Assembly: GCA_026770705.1 (NCBI GenBank)
Contig: JANJGN010000026.1
Span: 27,342,001 to 27,406,000, forward strand
DNA length: 64,000 nucleotides
Reading direction: 5' to 3'
From: Isurus oxyrinchus
Taxonomy: Eukaryota
Shown here: positions 1-12,300 of the stretch, in pieces
How positions within the stretch are numbered: position 1 is the first letter of the stretch
Layout of the letters: the number at the start of each line of letters is the position of its first letter
Notes under the pieces: generated by a model
Databases searched by the model: none
What the model saw: the letters and a program-made list of their open reading frames with translations, nothing else
Told to the model about the DNA's origin: nothing
Made by a program: the position numbers and the translations under genes

Positions 1-1295
1 CATTGCAGTGATTATTGATACAGGGTCTAGAGCAATGTAAGCTGATACACTGTCTTTTGTAGTGATTACTGGCACATAGCCTAGATTAATGGAAACTGAG
101 ACCGATTCCAGTGCTGTATTTAGTGATACAGGATTTAGACTAATATAAACTGAGACAGGCTCGAGTGTAGAGATAACTAATACAGGGCCTAGATAAATAT
201 TAAATGAGATAGGGACTAGAGCAGTGATTACTAATGCAAGGTCTAGATTGATAAATACTGAGGTAGAGCATAGTGCAGTGATTACTGATACACCATCTAG
301 ATTAATAGAAGCTGAAAGAGGACCAAGTGCAGTGATTAATAATACAGGTTCTCGAGATATTAACAAGGTCTAGTGTAGTGATTACTGATACAGGCTCCAG
401 ATTAATATATACTGAGACAGGGCCTGGTGCAGTGATTACTGATACAGCCCTGGATCAATGTAAACTGAGTTGGTGTCCATTAGCGATTACATGGTCTTGG
501 TTGATAAAAACGGAGGCAGGGCATAGTGCAGTGATTACTGATACAGGTCTTGATTAATATTACCCAGCCAGGCTCTAGTGCAGTGATTACTGGCACGGGA
601 TCTAGATTAATATAAACTGATACAGGGCCAAGTGCAGCGATTACTGATACATGGTCTGGATTAATAGAAACTGAGACAGGGTCTAGTGCAGTGATGACTG
701 ATACAGGGCCTAAATTGATATAAACTGAGGTAGTACATCATGCAGTGATTACTGATACAGCTCTAAGTTAATATAAACTGGACAGGCTGTCATGCAGTGG
801 TTACTGATACAGGGGCTTCATTAATATAAACAGAGACAGGCTCTACTGCAGTGATTACTGATACAGGGTCTCAATTGATATAAACTGTGATAGGGTCTAG
901 CATAGTGATTACTGATACAAGGCCAAGATTAATATAAGCTGAGACAGGATCTCGTGAGTTATTACTGACAAAGGGACTATATTAATTTTTAATAAGAAAG
1001 GGTCGAGTGCACTGATTACTAATGCAGCATCTAGATTTTTATAAGCTGAGACAGGATCCAGTGCAATGATTACTGACATAGGGTTTAGATTGATATAACC
1101 TGAGGCAGGGCATAGTGCAGTGATTACTAATACAGGGTCTAGATTAATAGAAACTGAGGCAAGGCCAAGTGCTTTGATTACTGATATAGGCTCTAGGTTA
1201 GGATAAGTTGAGACAGGGTGTGGTGCAGTGATTACTGATGTATGATTTGGACTAGTAAAAAGTGAGACAGGGCCAAGTGCAAGAATTACTTCATC
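1..1295. repeat. Degenerate satellite, ~54-bp unit (dimer of ~27-bp subunits), running off the window start
   Basis: Recurring GCAGTGATTACTGATACAGGGTCTAGATTAATATAAACTGAGACAGGGTCTAGT; unit starts at 634, 688, 742 give a 54-bp period. Confidence 0.9.
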
Positions 1296-2509
1296 AGTGA
1301 CACCCATGTCCCAAGAATGAATTAAAGTGCTTCAAAATACTACAGATTCTGGAAATCTAAAGCAAAACAAAAAAAAACACTCAGCAGGTCAGTGGGCATC
1401 AGTTCAGACAGAAACAGATCAAATTTTCAGGTCGATGGCAGGTGCAAAATCTCCCTTGGTACCATTCTTGAGAGCAGGACTGTTCGCCCCACTAACATAG
1501 ACCAATATACATTCTTCAACTAAAATCACATGTTATCCTGTCATTTTTCACAGCTCTATTCGTTGGAGCTTGCTGTGCACAAATCACCGGATGCTTATCC
1601 AACATTACAGCAGTGTCTAAACTTCAACAAAACTACATCAACGAGTGTTAAGGGTTTTAGGACGTCCTTGGGGTCGTGAGAATCATTCTGTAAATGCAAA
1701 TTATTTCTAAATGTTAACACTTTAAAATGCTAGTTGCTATATGTTGAAAACTCAGAATAATATGATTGTCGGTCACTCTGGTTGCCGTTTTAATTTGTCC
1801 AGTTTAAATGGGTTAAATCTTCATTCAAATTGACATTCAGTGGAATCCCAGCCTGTTCAAAGATTGTGATAGTAGAACTTTTGGAATTAAATTCTTAATT
1901 TAAATGCTTTTATTTATTTGAAATAAATAACATGTGCTCTTATGGATGTTGAAGAAGTTTCCATTCATTTTGTACCAATTATCAATATTCTTAAAATAAA
2001 CCCTTGTTTTGAGTTGAAACCAATCAATAAGTGTTTGTGTTTATCTGGTTTTGCTGCCATGAATACTTCATGCGTTTATGTAAATAAACACAGAAATAGA
2101 AGATCCAGATTAGATTTTTGAGAGAAAAAAACACAGCAAATATTTCCCCACCAACACAGCCCAGAAATAGAGGCAAACATGCAAATACATCAACCTATTT
2201 CAGTAACAATTGTTTTTTGGGCAATTTTTAAATCAATTATGTGAGAATGATGTAACGGTGATATCTATATTCAGAAATAAGAAAGATTCTCACTTAACAT
2301 GAAATATTATGACACGGCAAATGTGTTTATAGTAATGTCCTGTAACCTATCTCTCTCTGTCTCTTTCTCCTCTCTGGTTCTTTGTCTTGTCTCTCCACCA
2401 TGGGTCACTGTCTTTACTCCACAACATGAAGTCAATGTCTCGCCAATGTATTCTCTCAGCCCGATTCATACACTTCAAACTAAATGGATCTGATGAAATG
2501 GTTTGGACT

Positions 2510-2960
2510 CCGTAGAGGGAACTTTACTCCAAACTGTGTCTTGAGCATTCAATGACCTGGGAGTGCTTGATGGGAAACTGGGGAGGAAATTTTACTCTGT
2601 ATCTAATCTGTGCTGTACGCAGTAGCGAGGATTTAATATGGCAGTGCTGAAAGATCTTTCCCTGTATCTAACCCGTGCTGTCCCTGTCTTTGGAGTGTTT
2701 GATCAAACAGTGTAGGGGGAGTTTCGCTCAGTCTAACGCTTGCTATGCCTGCCTTGGGAGTTTTTCATGTGGCAACATAGAGGGACCTTTACATTATTAA
2801 TGTAGCCTCATGTTGCACCTGCCTTGGGAGTGTTTGATGGAGCTGAAGGCCCTGTCTCTGCATTACACTAGACCGTGTCTAACCATATCTAATCCGTGCT
2901 GTATCTTCCCTGGGAATATTTAATGGGGACAGTTTCGAGGGAGTTTCACTCTATCTAACT
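2510..2960. repeat. Degenerate minisatellite, ~65-70-bp unit
   Basis: About 6 diverged copies of GGGAGTGTTTGATGGGACAGTGTAGAGGGAGCTTTACTCTGTATCTAACCCGTGCTGT. Confidence 0.75.
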
Positions 2961-2979
2961 ATCCTGGACAACCTTCCAT

Positions 2980-4440
2980 CTACGAAAGGTCACAGACACA
3001 CAATGGAAACAAACCCATTGCAGATGTGCTGATGGCTGAGGAGGCCAATTGTTGGGAGGCACGTTCTGCCAGAAATGCTGCACATGAATCTGCAAAATGC
3101 CATTGTGGCTTTTTTTTTATTCTGCTGTTGGCCTGGATTGCCAAGCTGCTGTAGCTGCTGGTCATCGTGATGATTCACGCCAACCCACAGGAGGTGTCAC
3201 CATTTTCCTCAGTCATCAGCTAGTTACACTCAGTTGTGATAATCGATATTTAGGGCTTTTACTTCAAGTATCCTTGAAGCGGAGCTTTGGGTGTCCCACT
3301 GGTTGTCTGGCTCTGGTTACATCACCAGACACAAAGTCTTTGTGTATGTGACCATCGTCAATCCTGCCAACATTCACAAGCCATAAAAACACTTCAGTTT
3401 GATGATTCTACAGTCTTGGGAACTCTGCCTTTGAGCATACCACTGCATTCGTGACTTTATCCTGCCAGTATGTACATATAATGCGCATCAGGCAGTGAAG
3501 ATGGAAATTGTGGATCTTCTTCCCTTCATAGCCGTAAGTTGCCCATGTTTCATAGCGATACAGCAAGGTGCTGAGAACACAGGCCTTATAAACCATCAGC
3601 TTGGTCCTAAGGGCCAGTTTGATGTTATTCCAGGGGCGTTTCATGAGTCAAACAAAGGTGGCAACTGCTTTCCCCATGCGGGTATCAAGTTCTTCATCAA
3701 GGAACAGGCTGCCTGTCAACGTGGAACCCAGGTAGCGGAATTTACTTCCATCCGGGTGTTATTTAGTGTGATTAATGGCGGAAATACAACACCTTGTCCC
3801 ATGACCATGGTTTTCTTCATGCTTATAGTCAGGGAGAACAAGTTACAGGCATTGGAAAGACAGTTCATGAGTCTTTGTGGATGAGTTTCCGTTTTGATGA
3901 CAGAGTTATCAGCATAGAGGTGTTCTCTGATCAGGATGCAATGTGTTTATATCTTCATTTTCAGTCTTGTGGATTGTAGAGCTTGCAGACTGACTGAGTG
4001 TGCGAGTAGACTCCTTCCCTATTTACAGGGATGGCAAAGATCAGCAGCATGGGGAAGAAGATGCGAAAAAGAGTGAGGCAAGGACACAGGCCTGCTTCAC
4101 TCCATTCTTCACTCCATGGAATCATCAATCTGTACAGTGCATTACACGTTGTTATGGATGGAGTGCATCAGGCTGAGAAGCTTTGATGGGTACACAATTT
4201 TTCCCAAAATCTTGCAGAGTCCTGTTCTGCTGACAGCGTCGAGCGTAAGGAGCAGATCATTTCCAGAGTATACCTTCCGACAGAAACACCACACCGTGCT
4301 TCAGCCTGCAAGTAGATGAAGCCTTTAAAGTATGACCCAATCAAAGGCCTTCCCCGTGACTCTATGAGTCAGATGTCTGTGTAATTGTTGCAGTCACACC
4401 TGCCGGCTTTGCTTTCAGGTAGTGTAATAATTTTGAATTA
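2980..4440 (-). mobile_element. RTE-clade LINE, decayed 3' portion of the RT ORF
   Basis: Minus-strand ORF pieces RTKLMVYKACVLSTLLYRYETW and terminal RTCLPTIGLLSHQHIC are typical of RTE/BovB-like ORF ends; stops and frameshifts present. Confidence 0.8.
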
Positions 4441-4519
4441 TGCACCTCGTGCGAAACGAATCTTATCTTTCAGCAGAGAAGGAGAAAATCGTAAAGGCTG
4501 AGAAAAATAAAAGAATATA

Positions 4520-4812
4520 TACACCAATTATTATCAATTCAAGAAGGTAAATAATTATATTCATCAATTATCACCAATTCACAGAGATAAATAATTATAT
4601 TCGCCAATTATCATCAATTTACAAAGATAAATAATTATACTCACCAATTATCATCAATTTAGAAGATAAATAATTATATTCAACAATTATCATCTACTCA
4701 CAAAGATAAATAGTTATATTCACCAATTATCATGAATCCACAGAGATAAATACTTAAAATCACCAATTATCATCCATTCACAAAGATAAAAAATTGCATT
4801 TACCAATTATAT
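4520..4812. repeat. AT-rich 40-bp tandem repeat, ~7 copies
   Basis: CACCAATTATCATCAATTCACAAAGATAAATAATTATATT repeated. Confidence 0.9.
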
Positions 4813-5659
4813 TCAGCATTTTCTTTCATATAAAATGTTATTGCGGTTCATTTAATATCATTAACATTGATTGAGATCACATCGACCATTCTGTCAGCAA
4901 GGAATCACATCTGTCCCAGAATTCGGTGGGAAATGTAATTAAATCAGACCGAGGGTAATGAGCAGCTACCCAGCAGCCTCTGCGCTTTACTGACAAGTAA
5001 TCACCTCATCATCACACAGAAATTCCTCATATATAACTGGAGTGTGTGAGGATTTATAAAGTGATGGTATAAATAAAACTACCTGGACCTGACGTTAAGT
5101 TAATATATATTTAAATCCAGATTTGTTATTTCTCTCGTTTGGAAGGTAATAAAACATTTGCGGTTCTCCAGTGAGTTTCACACTATGTTTCCACAGTAAT
5201 AATGTTTAGTCTGTTACCTTCACTAATTTTGCTGAGCATATGTTGAATGCTTTGTTGAAAGGACCACATGGTCCAAATATTACAACGTCCACCCTAAACC
5301 GAATTATGTACCCACTTTCTGTCTTAAAGATGATGATTCACCATCACCAGGACCGCAGGGACATCTCCAGCCCCCTCTTGGTGACGTTCAGCTCGTTAGT
5401 TCCGGATAGCCTGGTGACGGAATTCATCTGGAAAATCTGGTAGGACTGAAGATCTGTTCCCCAGCCTGACACAAATGAAATACAGGAACTGCTTCAAGGT
5501 ATGAAGTAGTCAAGCGCAAAGATGAGAATGGAGAACAAAATCGATACATCAATCAATCCATTCACTGATTATGTAATCAAAATATTCAGGCATTCAACTA
5601 TCATTCATTTCTGCATCACTGCAGTGATCCCTCCTTTCCTTGGCAGACGATGTTGTGTT

Positions 5660-6040
5660 AACACCACTGGATTAGTAATCTAGAGGCCCAAGCTATTCTC
5701 CTGGGGGCTCGAATTCAAATCCCACAATGGCAGCGCGTGGAATTTAAATTCAATTAGAAGTCTGGGATTGAAAGCAGTTCCCAGTGATGGGAACCGTGAA
5801 ACTATCACCGATTGTGGAAAATACTCATCTGATTGACTCATGCCCTTTAGGAAAGGAAATCTGTCACTGTACCTTGTCTGGCCAACAAGAGACGCCAGAT
5901 TCACAGCAATATGGTGGACTCTAACTGCACTCTGAAATGGCCTAGCCAGGCACTCAGTTCAAGGCAATTAGGGACAGGCCGCAAATGATGGCCTTTCCAG
6001 TGACTCTCGCATCCTGTGAAAGAGTAAGGGGAAAAAAACA
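5660..6040 (+). mobile_element. tRNA-derived SINE with L2-like 3' tail
   Basis: B-box-like GAATTCAAATCCC head, GGCAATTAGGG...CATCC tail and A-rich end; related copies at ~21030-21220, 25960-26400, 48360-48720, 49370-49640 and 60980-61105. Confidence 0.65.
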
Positions 6041-7759
6041 AATCACACAAACACACATGTTTGTCTATTACAAAATGTGTCCCATCTCTGCGACCTCTCT
6101 GATAGTCTGTCTGTAATTCTTTCTATCCATCCATCACAATATTATGGAGAGATCCTCCAATGAGCTATTGATGCTAACAGAGTATCAGGGAAGCTGGAAA
6201 AGTTTTCTTTCCTGGGAGATTTAAACAGTTCACAAAGGTTCACAATTTTAAAAAATTAAACTGACTCCAGTGTTGTTGCTGGGTAGATTTGTTTATAAAT
6301 AGGCCTTGTTGACAATGTTAAGGGTTTGAAGTTGGCTTGCAGCCAAGCGGTCAGTACTGAAGAAACAGATCTTTGATTAACTGCACAAACCCCCAGATGC
6401 TTCCTGTAAACAACATTGGACATTCGAGCCTCCATGACTGCAGCCGGCTGGCTTGTTGCCAAATGCTGTGTGGGGCAGATTAGCCTGGATATGAATGAAC
6501 AAAATGGGATTGAGCCATTCAAATAATATTGCTTTCAGTTGCACATAAAAGAAACATTTGAAATGGTATTTCATCCAAGGAAATGTTTTAATGAATGCCG
6601 TGTTCACTATGAGATTAAACACGATCAAAAAATATTAAATTGACCATATACTATTTAATTTATATTATTTCCAAGCAAAAGTCCTTCCAGTTATTAAAGC
6701 CGGTTTATTTGGAACTTCATGAAGTGCGAGAGAGCGAAATTGATTGTCCCAAGTCCTCAGTTTAATGAGATAAGAGGAATGGCAAAAATTAAAAAGAAAT
6801 CATTTTTTTTTAACTTGCTGAATTGCCTTAAACCCGCACAAATTCCTTGAATATTCTCCGAGTTGTGCGCCTCATTTAACCTGAGGGGTCTATTATTCCT
6901 GATTAACACCGTGTACTGTACAGTTTAATTTGTGCTGATTTCGATTATTTAACAGTCTCTCTCATAGCTGCCAATGAGTGGAGAAATTAACAGTTCATGA
7001 CCCGCTTCAGTGGAAGATAAACCATTTATTCTTGTTGATATTGTGTAATATGCCGCAAAGTCCTGATATTCTGTGTTCCCAATACCAGTGAATGGTGGAC
7101 AGCCGGTGACCAATCAAATTAGCTGCAATGATTTGGATGCTGAAGCACAACTTTGCTGATCTCCATGTCCATTGATTCATCAACTTCTCGGTCAAAAGTT
7201 GATGTAAATTTACGTTTCTCTGTAAATTCACTGTTTAATTATCAGGCAGGCGGGCTTCTTTTACAGCTAATTTTCACAGGGCTGTCTTGGGGTCGGGGCA
7301 GTTCGAGAAATGAAAGGAGGGACATTGTATAATGTGAGGAATTTATTCTTATCTCTGTACAGCGATAGCCACCCACTCTGCAATTAGAATCACATTGTTC
7401 ATCTCCCGCATTTAATTACATAAATCAATAATAATTCCTATGACTGATGGTAATTTATTGCTGTAATGCGATAGAGACCCGGAATTGCTGCAAAACAGAC
7501 TGACAGTCCCTTTATTCCCTGATAATGTGATGAAATCCTTTTAGATTCAACCCCTTGTGAAGTAGTGTAGAAATTAATGAACTTAATTTACAATTGAAAT
7601 AGTTATTTTTATGAGCTGATCTTCAACTGGAATTTCACCATTAGAACCAATGGGTACATTACAATGAATCCATTCAGCCAAATATCCCGTTACGGATAAA
7701 AAGCCCACTTTTAGCAATAACCTATTGTAAATATCTGAGTCCATTCTGTTGGGGATGTG

Positions 7760-7850
7760 GAAGGTGGGGCGTGGATCCATTCGCCGCCTCCACCAGGGAA
7801 TCAACAGGCGACGTCTGGAAACCCGCCCCCTTCTGCCTGGTATTTAAATG
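7760..7850 (+). promoter_or_regulatory. IgH V promoter (octamer-less): GC boxes, CRE-like core, TATA
   Basis: GGTGGGGCGTGG ~7762, GACGTC 7810-7815, CCCGCCCC ~7822, TATTTAAAT 7841-7849, ~90 nt upstream of the leader ATG; no ATGCAAAT nearby. Confidence 0.7.
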
Positions 7851-7936
7851 CTGCTCATTGGGACCGGAATCCAACAGTCCGGTAGCTGGTTTGTTCACTG
7901 AGTTCTGGACAGAACAGTTTTCCCCAAATGACCAGA

Positions 7937-7985
7937 ATGATGAGGTCGGCAATTTGTCTCAGTTTGTTGCTGACTTTCTTATCCC
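7937..7985 (+). CDS. IGHV: IgM heavy-chain leader exon (MMRSAICLSLLLTFLS, phase-1 split)
   Basis: Hydrophobic signal peptide ending C|GTGGGT; splices to 8114 giving R-V-Q-S; an additional in-frame ATG lies at 7928. Confidence 0.9.
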
Positions 7986-8113
7986 GTGGGTAGTTTTTAT
8001 TGTCCAAATCTCTCACTGTTACTGTCTCAGTGTTAACCTCTCTCTGGAATGTTACATAGTCAGGAATCATTTCACCAGCATTAACCCTCGAGGTTTTTGA
8101 TATATTTTTACAG

Positions 8114-8419
8114 GTGTCCAGTCGGAGGTTGAGTTGACCCAGCCAGAGGCAGAAACTGGGCGTCCTGGAGGCTCCCTGAGACTGATCTGTAAAACCAACG
8201 GCTTCGATCTTGGCAGCTACCACTTGTTCTGGGTCCGACAGATTCCCGGACAGGGGCTGGAGTGGTTGCTTTATTACTATAGTTCATCGGACAACGGCTA
8301 TGCCCCAGCAATTAAGAACCGATTTACTGCGTCCAAAGACACTTCAAGAAACATCTTCTCCTTGGACATGACGAACCTGAAGACCGAAGACACCGCTATC
8401 TATTACTGCGTAAGAGCGT
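8114..8419 (+). CDS. IGHV: Unrearranged VH segment
   Basis: TTTTTACAG acceptor; [22 protein letters not shown]...[12 protein letters not shown]...RFTASKDTS...[10 protein letters not shown] with canonical Cys/Trp/Cys; open frame. Confidence 0.97.
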
Positions 8420-8458
8420 CACAGCGAGAGGAACCAGGGCTGGACCCGAACAAGAACA
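8420..8458 (+). other. VH recombination signal sequence (23-bp spacer)
   Basis: CACAGCG (8420-8426) + 23 nt + ACAAGAACA (8450-8458). Confidence 0.95.
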
Positions 8459-8815
8459 GATCGAGAGAAACTCAAGAACTTCCATCATAACCTGACGGCC
8501 AGTACCTGTTTTAACTGTAATGATCAGAACCAGACAACAAGCCGCTTCTGACAAAAGTAAAACAGCAAATTTAACAGTAAAACCTAACAAACCTACCGAT
8601 ATAATGGGCTGAGCTTTTGCTGTGTTTATATTTACTGTTAACAGTTTCCGCAATTACAGACCTGGATATAATGCTCATTTTAATATGCCTGATACTTGGG
8701 GGGGATCGCTGTTCATTGAGTTTTGTAAGTTGCTGCATGAATTCTAAACTAGATCAGAAGTAAACGTCTATTTGAAGTGCATATTGAGTGGCAGCACTGA
8801 ACAGAGAGTGGATGC

Positions 8816-8843
8816 GGTTTTTGTGCGGGTGTATTTCACTGTG
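8816..8843 (-). other. D 5' RSS (12-bp spacer)
   Basis: GGTTTTTGT (8816-8824) + 12 nt + CACTGTG (8837-8843), both matching consensus. Confidence 0.97.
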
Positions 8844-8871
8844 ATACTATAGCAGCGGGTACACTGGGTGG
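8844..8871 (+). CDS. IGHD: DH segment, 28 nt (probable germline D1-D2 fusion)
   Basis: ATACTATAGCAGCGGGTACACTGGGTGG between two 12-RSSs; frame 2 YYSSGYTGW, frame 3 TIAAGTLG, frame 1 has a stop. Confidence 0.92.
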
Positions 8872-8899
8872 CACGGCAGTTACTGTGAATGCAAAAACT
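8872..8899 (+). other. D 3' RSS (12-bp spacer)
   Basis: CACGGCA (8872-8878) + 12 nt + GCAAAAACT (8891-8899). Confidence 0.9.
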
Positions 8900-9226
8900 C
8901 CTCAGCACTAATTGAGTCTGCCTGGGTCAGTGCTCGCTTATACAATCCTGTTATATTTACAGTGAAGTATTATTTTTGTCCAGTACTGCCCAAAAACATG
9001 GGTTAAGATGGAAAAGCTGTGATAATTATTCAGTCATCAGTTGGTGATTTCAATAACATCTTCATGTGTTACTCTGTGAATGATAAAACATGAGGGTCAT
9101 TGATGAATAGTTAAATATATCTACAAACGCAAATATAATTTCGTGAAGATTCATCGTGACCTTACTTTGACTCTGACTGATGAATATTTAAATAATGTTG
9201 GATTTTTGTCTTTCTCGTGCAAAGAC

Positions 9227-9265
9227 AGTTATTGTATGGCACAGCCCAGGGAAGGTAACACTGTG
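9227..9265 (-). other. JH RSS (23-bp spacer)
   Basis: AGTTATTGT (9227-9235) + 23 nt + CACTGTG (9259-9265). Confidence 0.92.
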
Positions 9266-9313
9266 ACGCTGAGGGCTACTGGGGACAAGGGACCATGGTG
9301 ACGGTGACTGCAG
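9266..9313 (+). CDS. IGHJ: JH segment (AEGYWGQGTMVTVTA)
   Basis: WGQG motif; CAG|GTAAGA donor in phase with Cmu1. Confidence 0.96.
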
Positions 9314-12300
9314 GTAAGAACCATGCATTGATTTGGTAATTGTTTTACTTGAGTATTTGCTTTACACTTTTGCCTATTTTAATAATTTATTCGTTCACTG
9401 AAACGTGGGTTTGGTGGATTCTGTATAAAGATTTTTTTAACGATGTTTCATGTGATTCTGCTGAAATTGAGTTATTTAATTGCGCTGTGTTTTGACAAAA
9501 AGTACTGCTGAGATTTGTTGTTTATCTGCTGAGAATACTGTGCGGCCGGGTTACTTGAAATATCTAACGTTTGTTAAAACAGTTTGACGTTTCTGCAATG
9601 TTTAATCTCGGTGACATCTAATCGCTGCGGGTTTTACCATCTGTTGCACAAGGGTTTAAATATGTCTGAAATCAAGCCCAATATGAACAAAATATGCTTG
9701 AGTTTCAATGTTAATTTATTGAACATGTTCCGCCTACTCACTATCCATATTTCTGTTTAGTTTAATTATTCATTCATTTAGTGACGAGTGGGTTGTCTGG
9801 ATTCGATATTGAGATTTTATTGCAATGTTACATTGGATTTTGTTGGAAGTGTTTGTAGAATTGAGTTGCTTCTCCATGAAACGGGTTTCAGCCCCTCAGT
9901 GATGTGATTTTGGTGTTTTTCTTCTGAGGAGATTGTGTGTCTGGGTGACTTTAAACAAGTAGAATTTATGAAACGGTTTGACGGTTCTGCATTATTTCTG
10001 CATTGTTTAAACTCGGTGATATTGAGAGGTTACACGTTTTGTAATTGAATGGAAACAGGCTACGCGTTTGTACCTGCTTGAAGAACGATTGTAGGCAGAA
10101 AACAGACCGGTTTCAGGAATGGGGGGAAAGTGTTTAAAGGTGCGTTAGAACATTTTGTGTTTCTTTTACGTGATAATTGCAGATTAAACTAAACTATGGA
10201 TTACGGCGTTTATTCAGAAAATAATTCGTTCCTGCAATTAGAAACAACATAATTAACAAGTTTTCAAATTTTGGAGTAAAATTAATATAATTCAAACAAT
10301 TATGAGGTGGTAACATTTCTCCATATTGACTGAACAGATTTCATATAAACCTAATTGATCATTAATCGCCTTTCACAATTCTGCTGTACACTGCGCACAA
10401 TTAACATGAACGAGAACGTTATTAGGCTGGAAACATTTTGTGATTATGCATGAAAAATTTCAATAAGAATATACTGATTCTACAGAATTGTTCAGTTTAA
10501 CAAGATATTTTGATTGTTTTTATATCCCTAATAACCTTTGCATTGACTTAAAGAGGAGTTCGGCAATATGTCTATCCGGTTATTACATTCTTCCTGTGCA
10601 CCCGTAACCATATTATTCCTTCAATGTCATTGGGATTTGGATAGCGAGATAATTATCACTGATCTAATCTTAAACTGTTTTCTGAGGGGTGGAATTCGCT
10701 GGCAGTAGAGAAATTGTCCTTACATTTTTTTTAACTGTAGGAAGGTGCAGACTGAAAATGAATTGAAATCGACAAGTAAGAGCTTGAAATTCGAACAGAT
10801 TAATTTAATTGCAAACTTTAATATTCGTTTTGATCTTAATAACAACATTCTGTCTCCCATAGCTGTGCTGTACACAGGATAGAATTGGAGGAGAAGAACA
10901 GATTATATCTGAGGTTCATGCTTAATTCTCATTAAATATTAAATTGAAGAACAAAATCTGGAATCAATTTGCTGATTATATTCCAGTGGCGCAGATGATC
11001 TCAATGAATTGTTCTCATCAAGTTTCGTATTGATCAATTTGGATCTTCTTTTAATGGTCAATATGTTTAATAATTAAATTATAGGGATTGTGATCTAGGA
11101 AGCTCTTTTATTGATAATAAGTAACTGCCAGGAACATTTTTTAACATATAGATTTGAGTTAAGACAAGTTTGCTTTAGCAAACAGATGATGTTACAGCTC
11201 ATTGACAGTTAATGCGATATGACCCCGGCCAGATTTGAAAAAAAATTAAAATATTCCACTCATAAATTCGACGTATGAATTACTCGATGAGAATAGATGG
11301 AATTTATGATTTCTCAATGCGTTCAGAAACACGCATAGTTTATAATTTTGTACGTGAAAATAGAGCAGTAGAGGTAATAGTAAATAGTGATTAGATTTAA
11401 GTAAAATTGATATACTTGCCTGAATGTTACCATCTAGTAATTTGAAGTTTATTGTTTAACATTGTTTCAGTGTTAGGTTGATTTAAATAAACCCCAATTA
11501 TTTCATCACGCCCCAAGGAGAAATAAGTTTTCAATTATTGAAAACCATTTTTTTAATATTATAGTGTAGAAATCAGCTAACAAGAAAATGACAAGATAAT
11601 TAACTTACAATATAATATTTGTGATAATTAATTCAACATAAATGAACTCCAACAATCAAGTATATAATGAATGCGAAATCTCAATGAGTGGAGAGAATTT
11701 TTAATTGTATCCAAAATGAATTGAGAAAAGAATACTTTTCTTACTCAGCTGTGCTCAGCTCGATCAGGTGTTTCGCTTCAATGATTTTATTGGTTCTATT
11801 TATGTCTAAAATCAAATCAAATCAGCGGTTAATAGGTTTTCAATGTGAGTGTTTCCTGATTTGTTTAATTCTTACCCGGTCACTGAGTCTCTGTTATGGA
11901 CACCAAATTACACTGAATCTGTAATATTTGATGTGCTCATTTCATACACTGTTTGGAGGTTTCAGACAGACAGGGAGAATTAGATGGCCTTCAAATGGAG
12001 TTTTGAAATGAAAATCAGATTCATTTCAAAGAAGTTATAGAATAATTGTAGTAAATTAAACATTGATTAATTAGAATCAAACAGCTTGAATGAAAGGGAC
12101 AGATTGAACAGATCTATCTGCTGGAACTCACTTGTTGCACCATTTGTGTCTGTTCTGTTCCTGTGCACGTGGTCACTGTGCTGGGACCAGGAATCTTCCT
12201 GACAGGTTGTAAACCTTCTGGTTCAATCTCCCGTATTTCAGGAAGTACAATTTGATTTATTTCTTCAAAAAAACTTGTATCTGTGAGAAATATGAAAGTT

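Noticed and set aside
1694-2186. ATGCAAAT octamers at 1694 and 2179 as Ig promoter elements
   Set aside because: They lie ~6 kb from the V start, and the first is in repeat-derived sequence.
4520-4812. CRISPR-like arrays (also 22190-22710, 26625-26975, 60400-60710)
   Set aside because: Head-to-tail tandem repeats with no unique spacers, in vertebrate DNA.
8134-8490. Track ORF as a stand-alone 118-aa protein
   Set aside because: It starts at TTG inside the V exon and reads through the RSS; the real start is in the spliced leader.
8900-9226. A second D segment between D and J
   Set aside because: Nonamer-like strings occur (TATTTTTGT ~8971, GATTTTTGT ~9201), but no heptamer sits at 12 or 23 bp from them.
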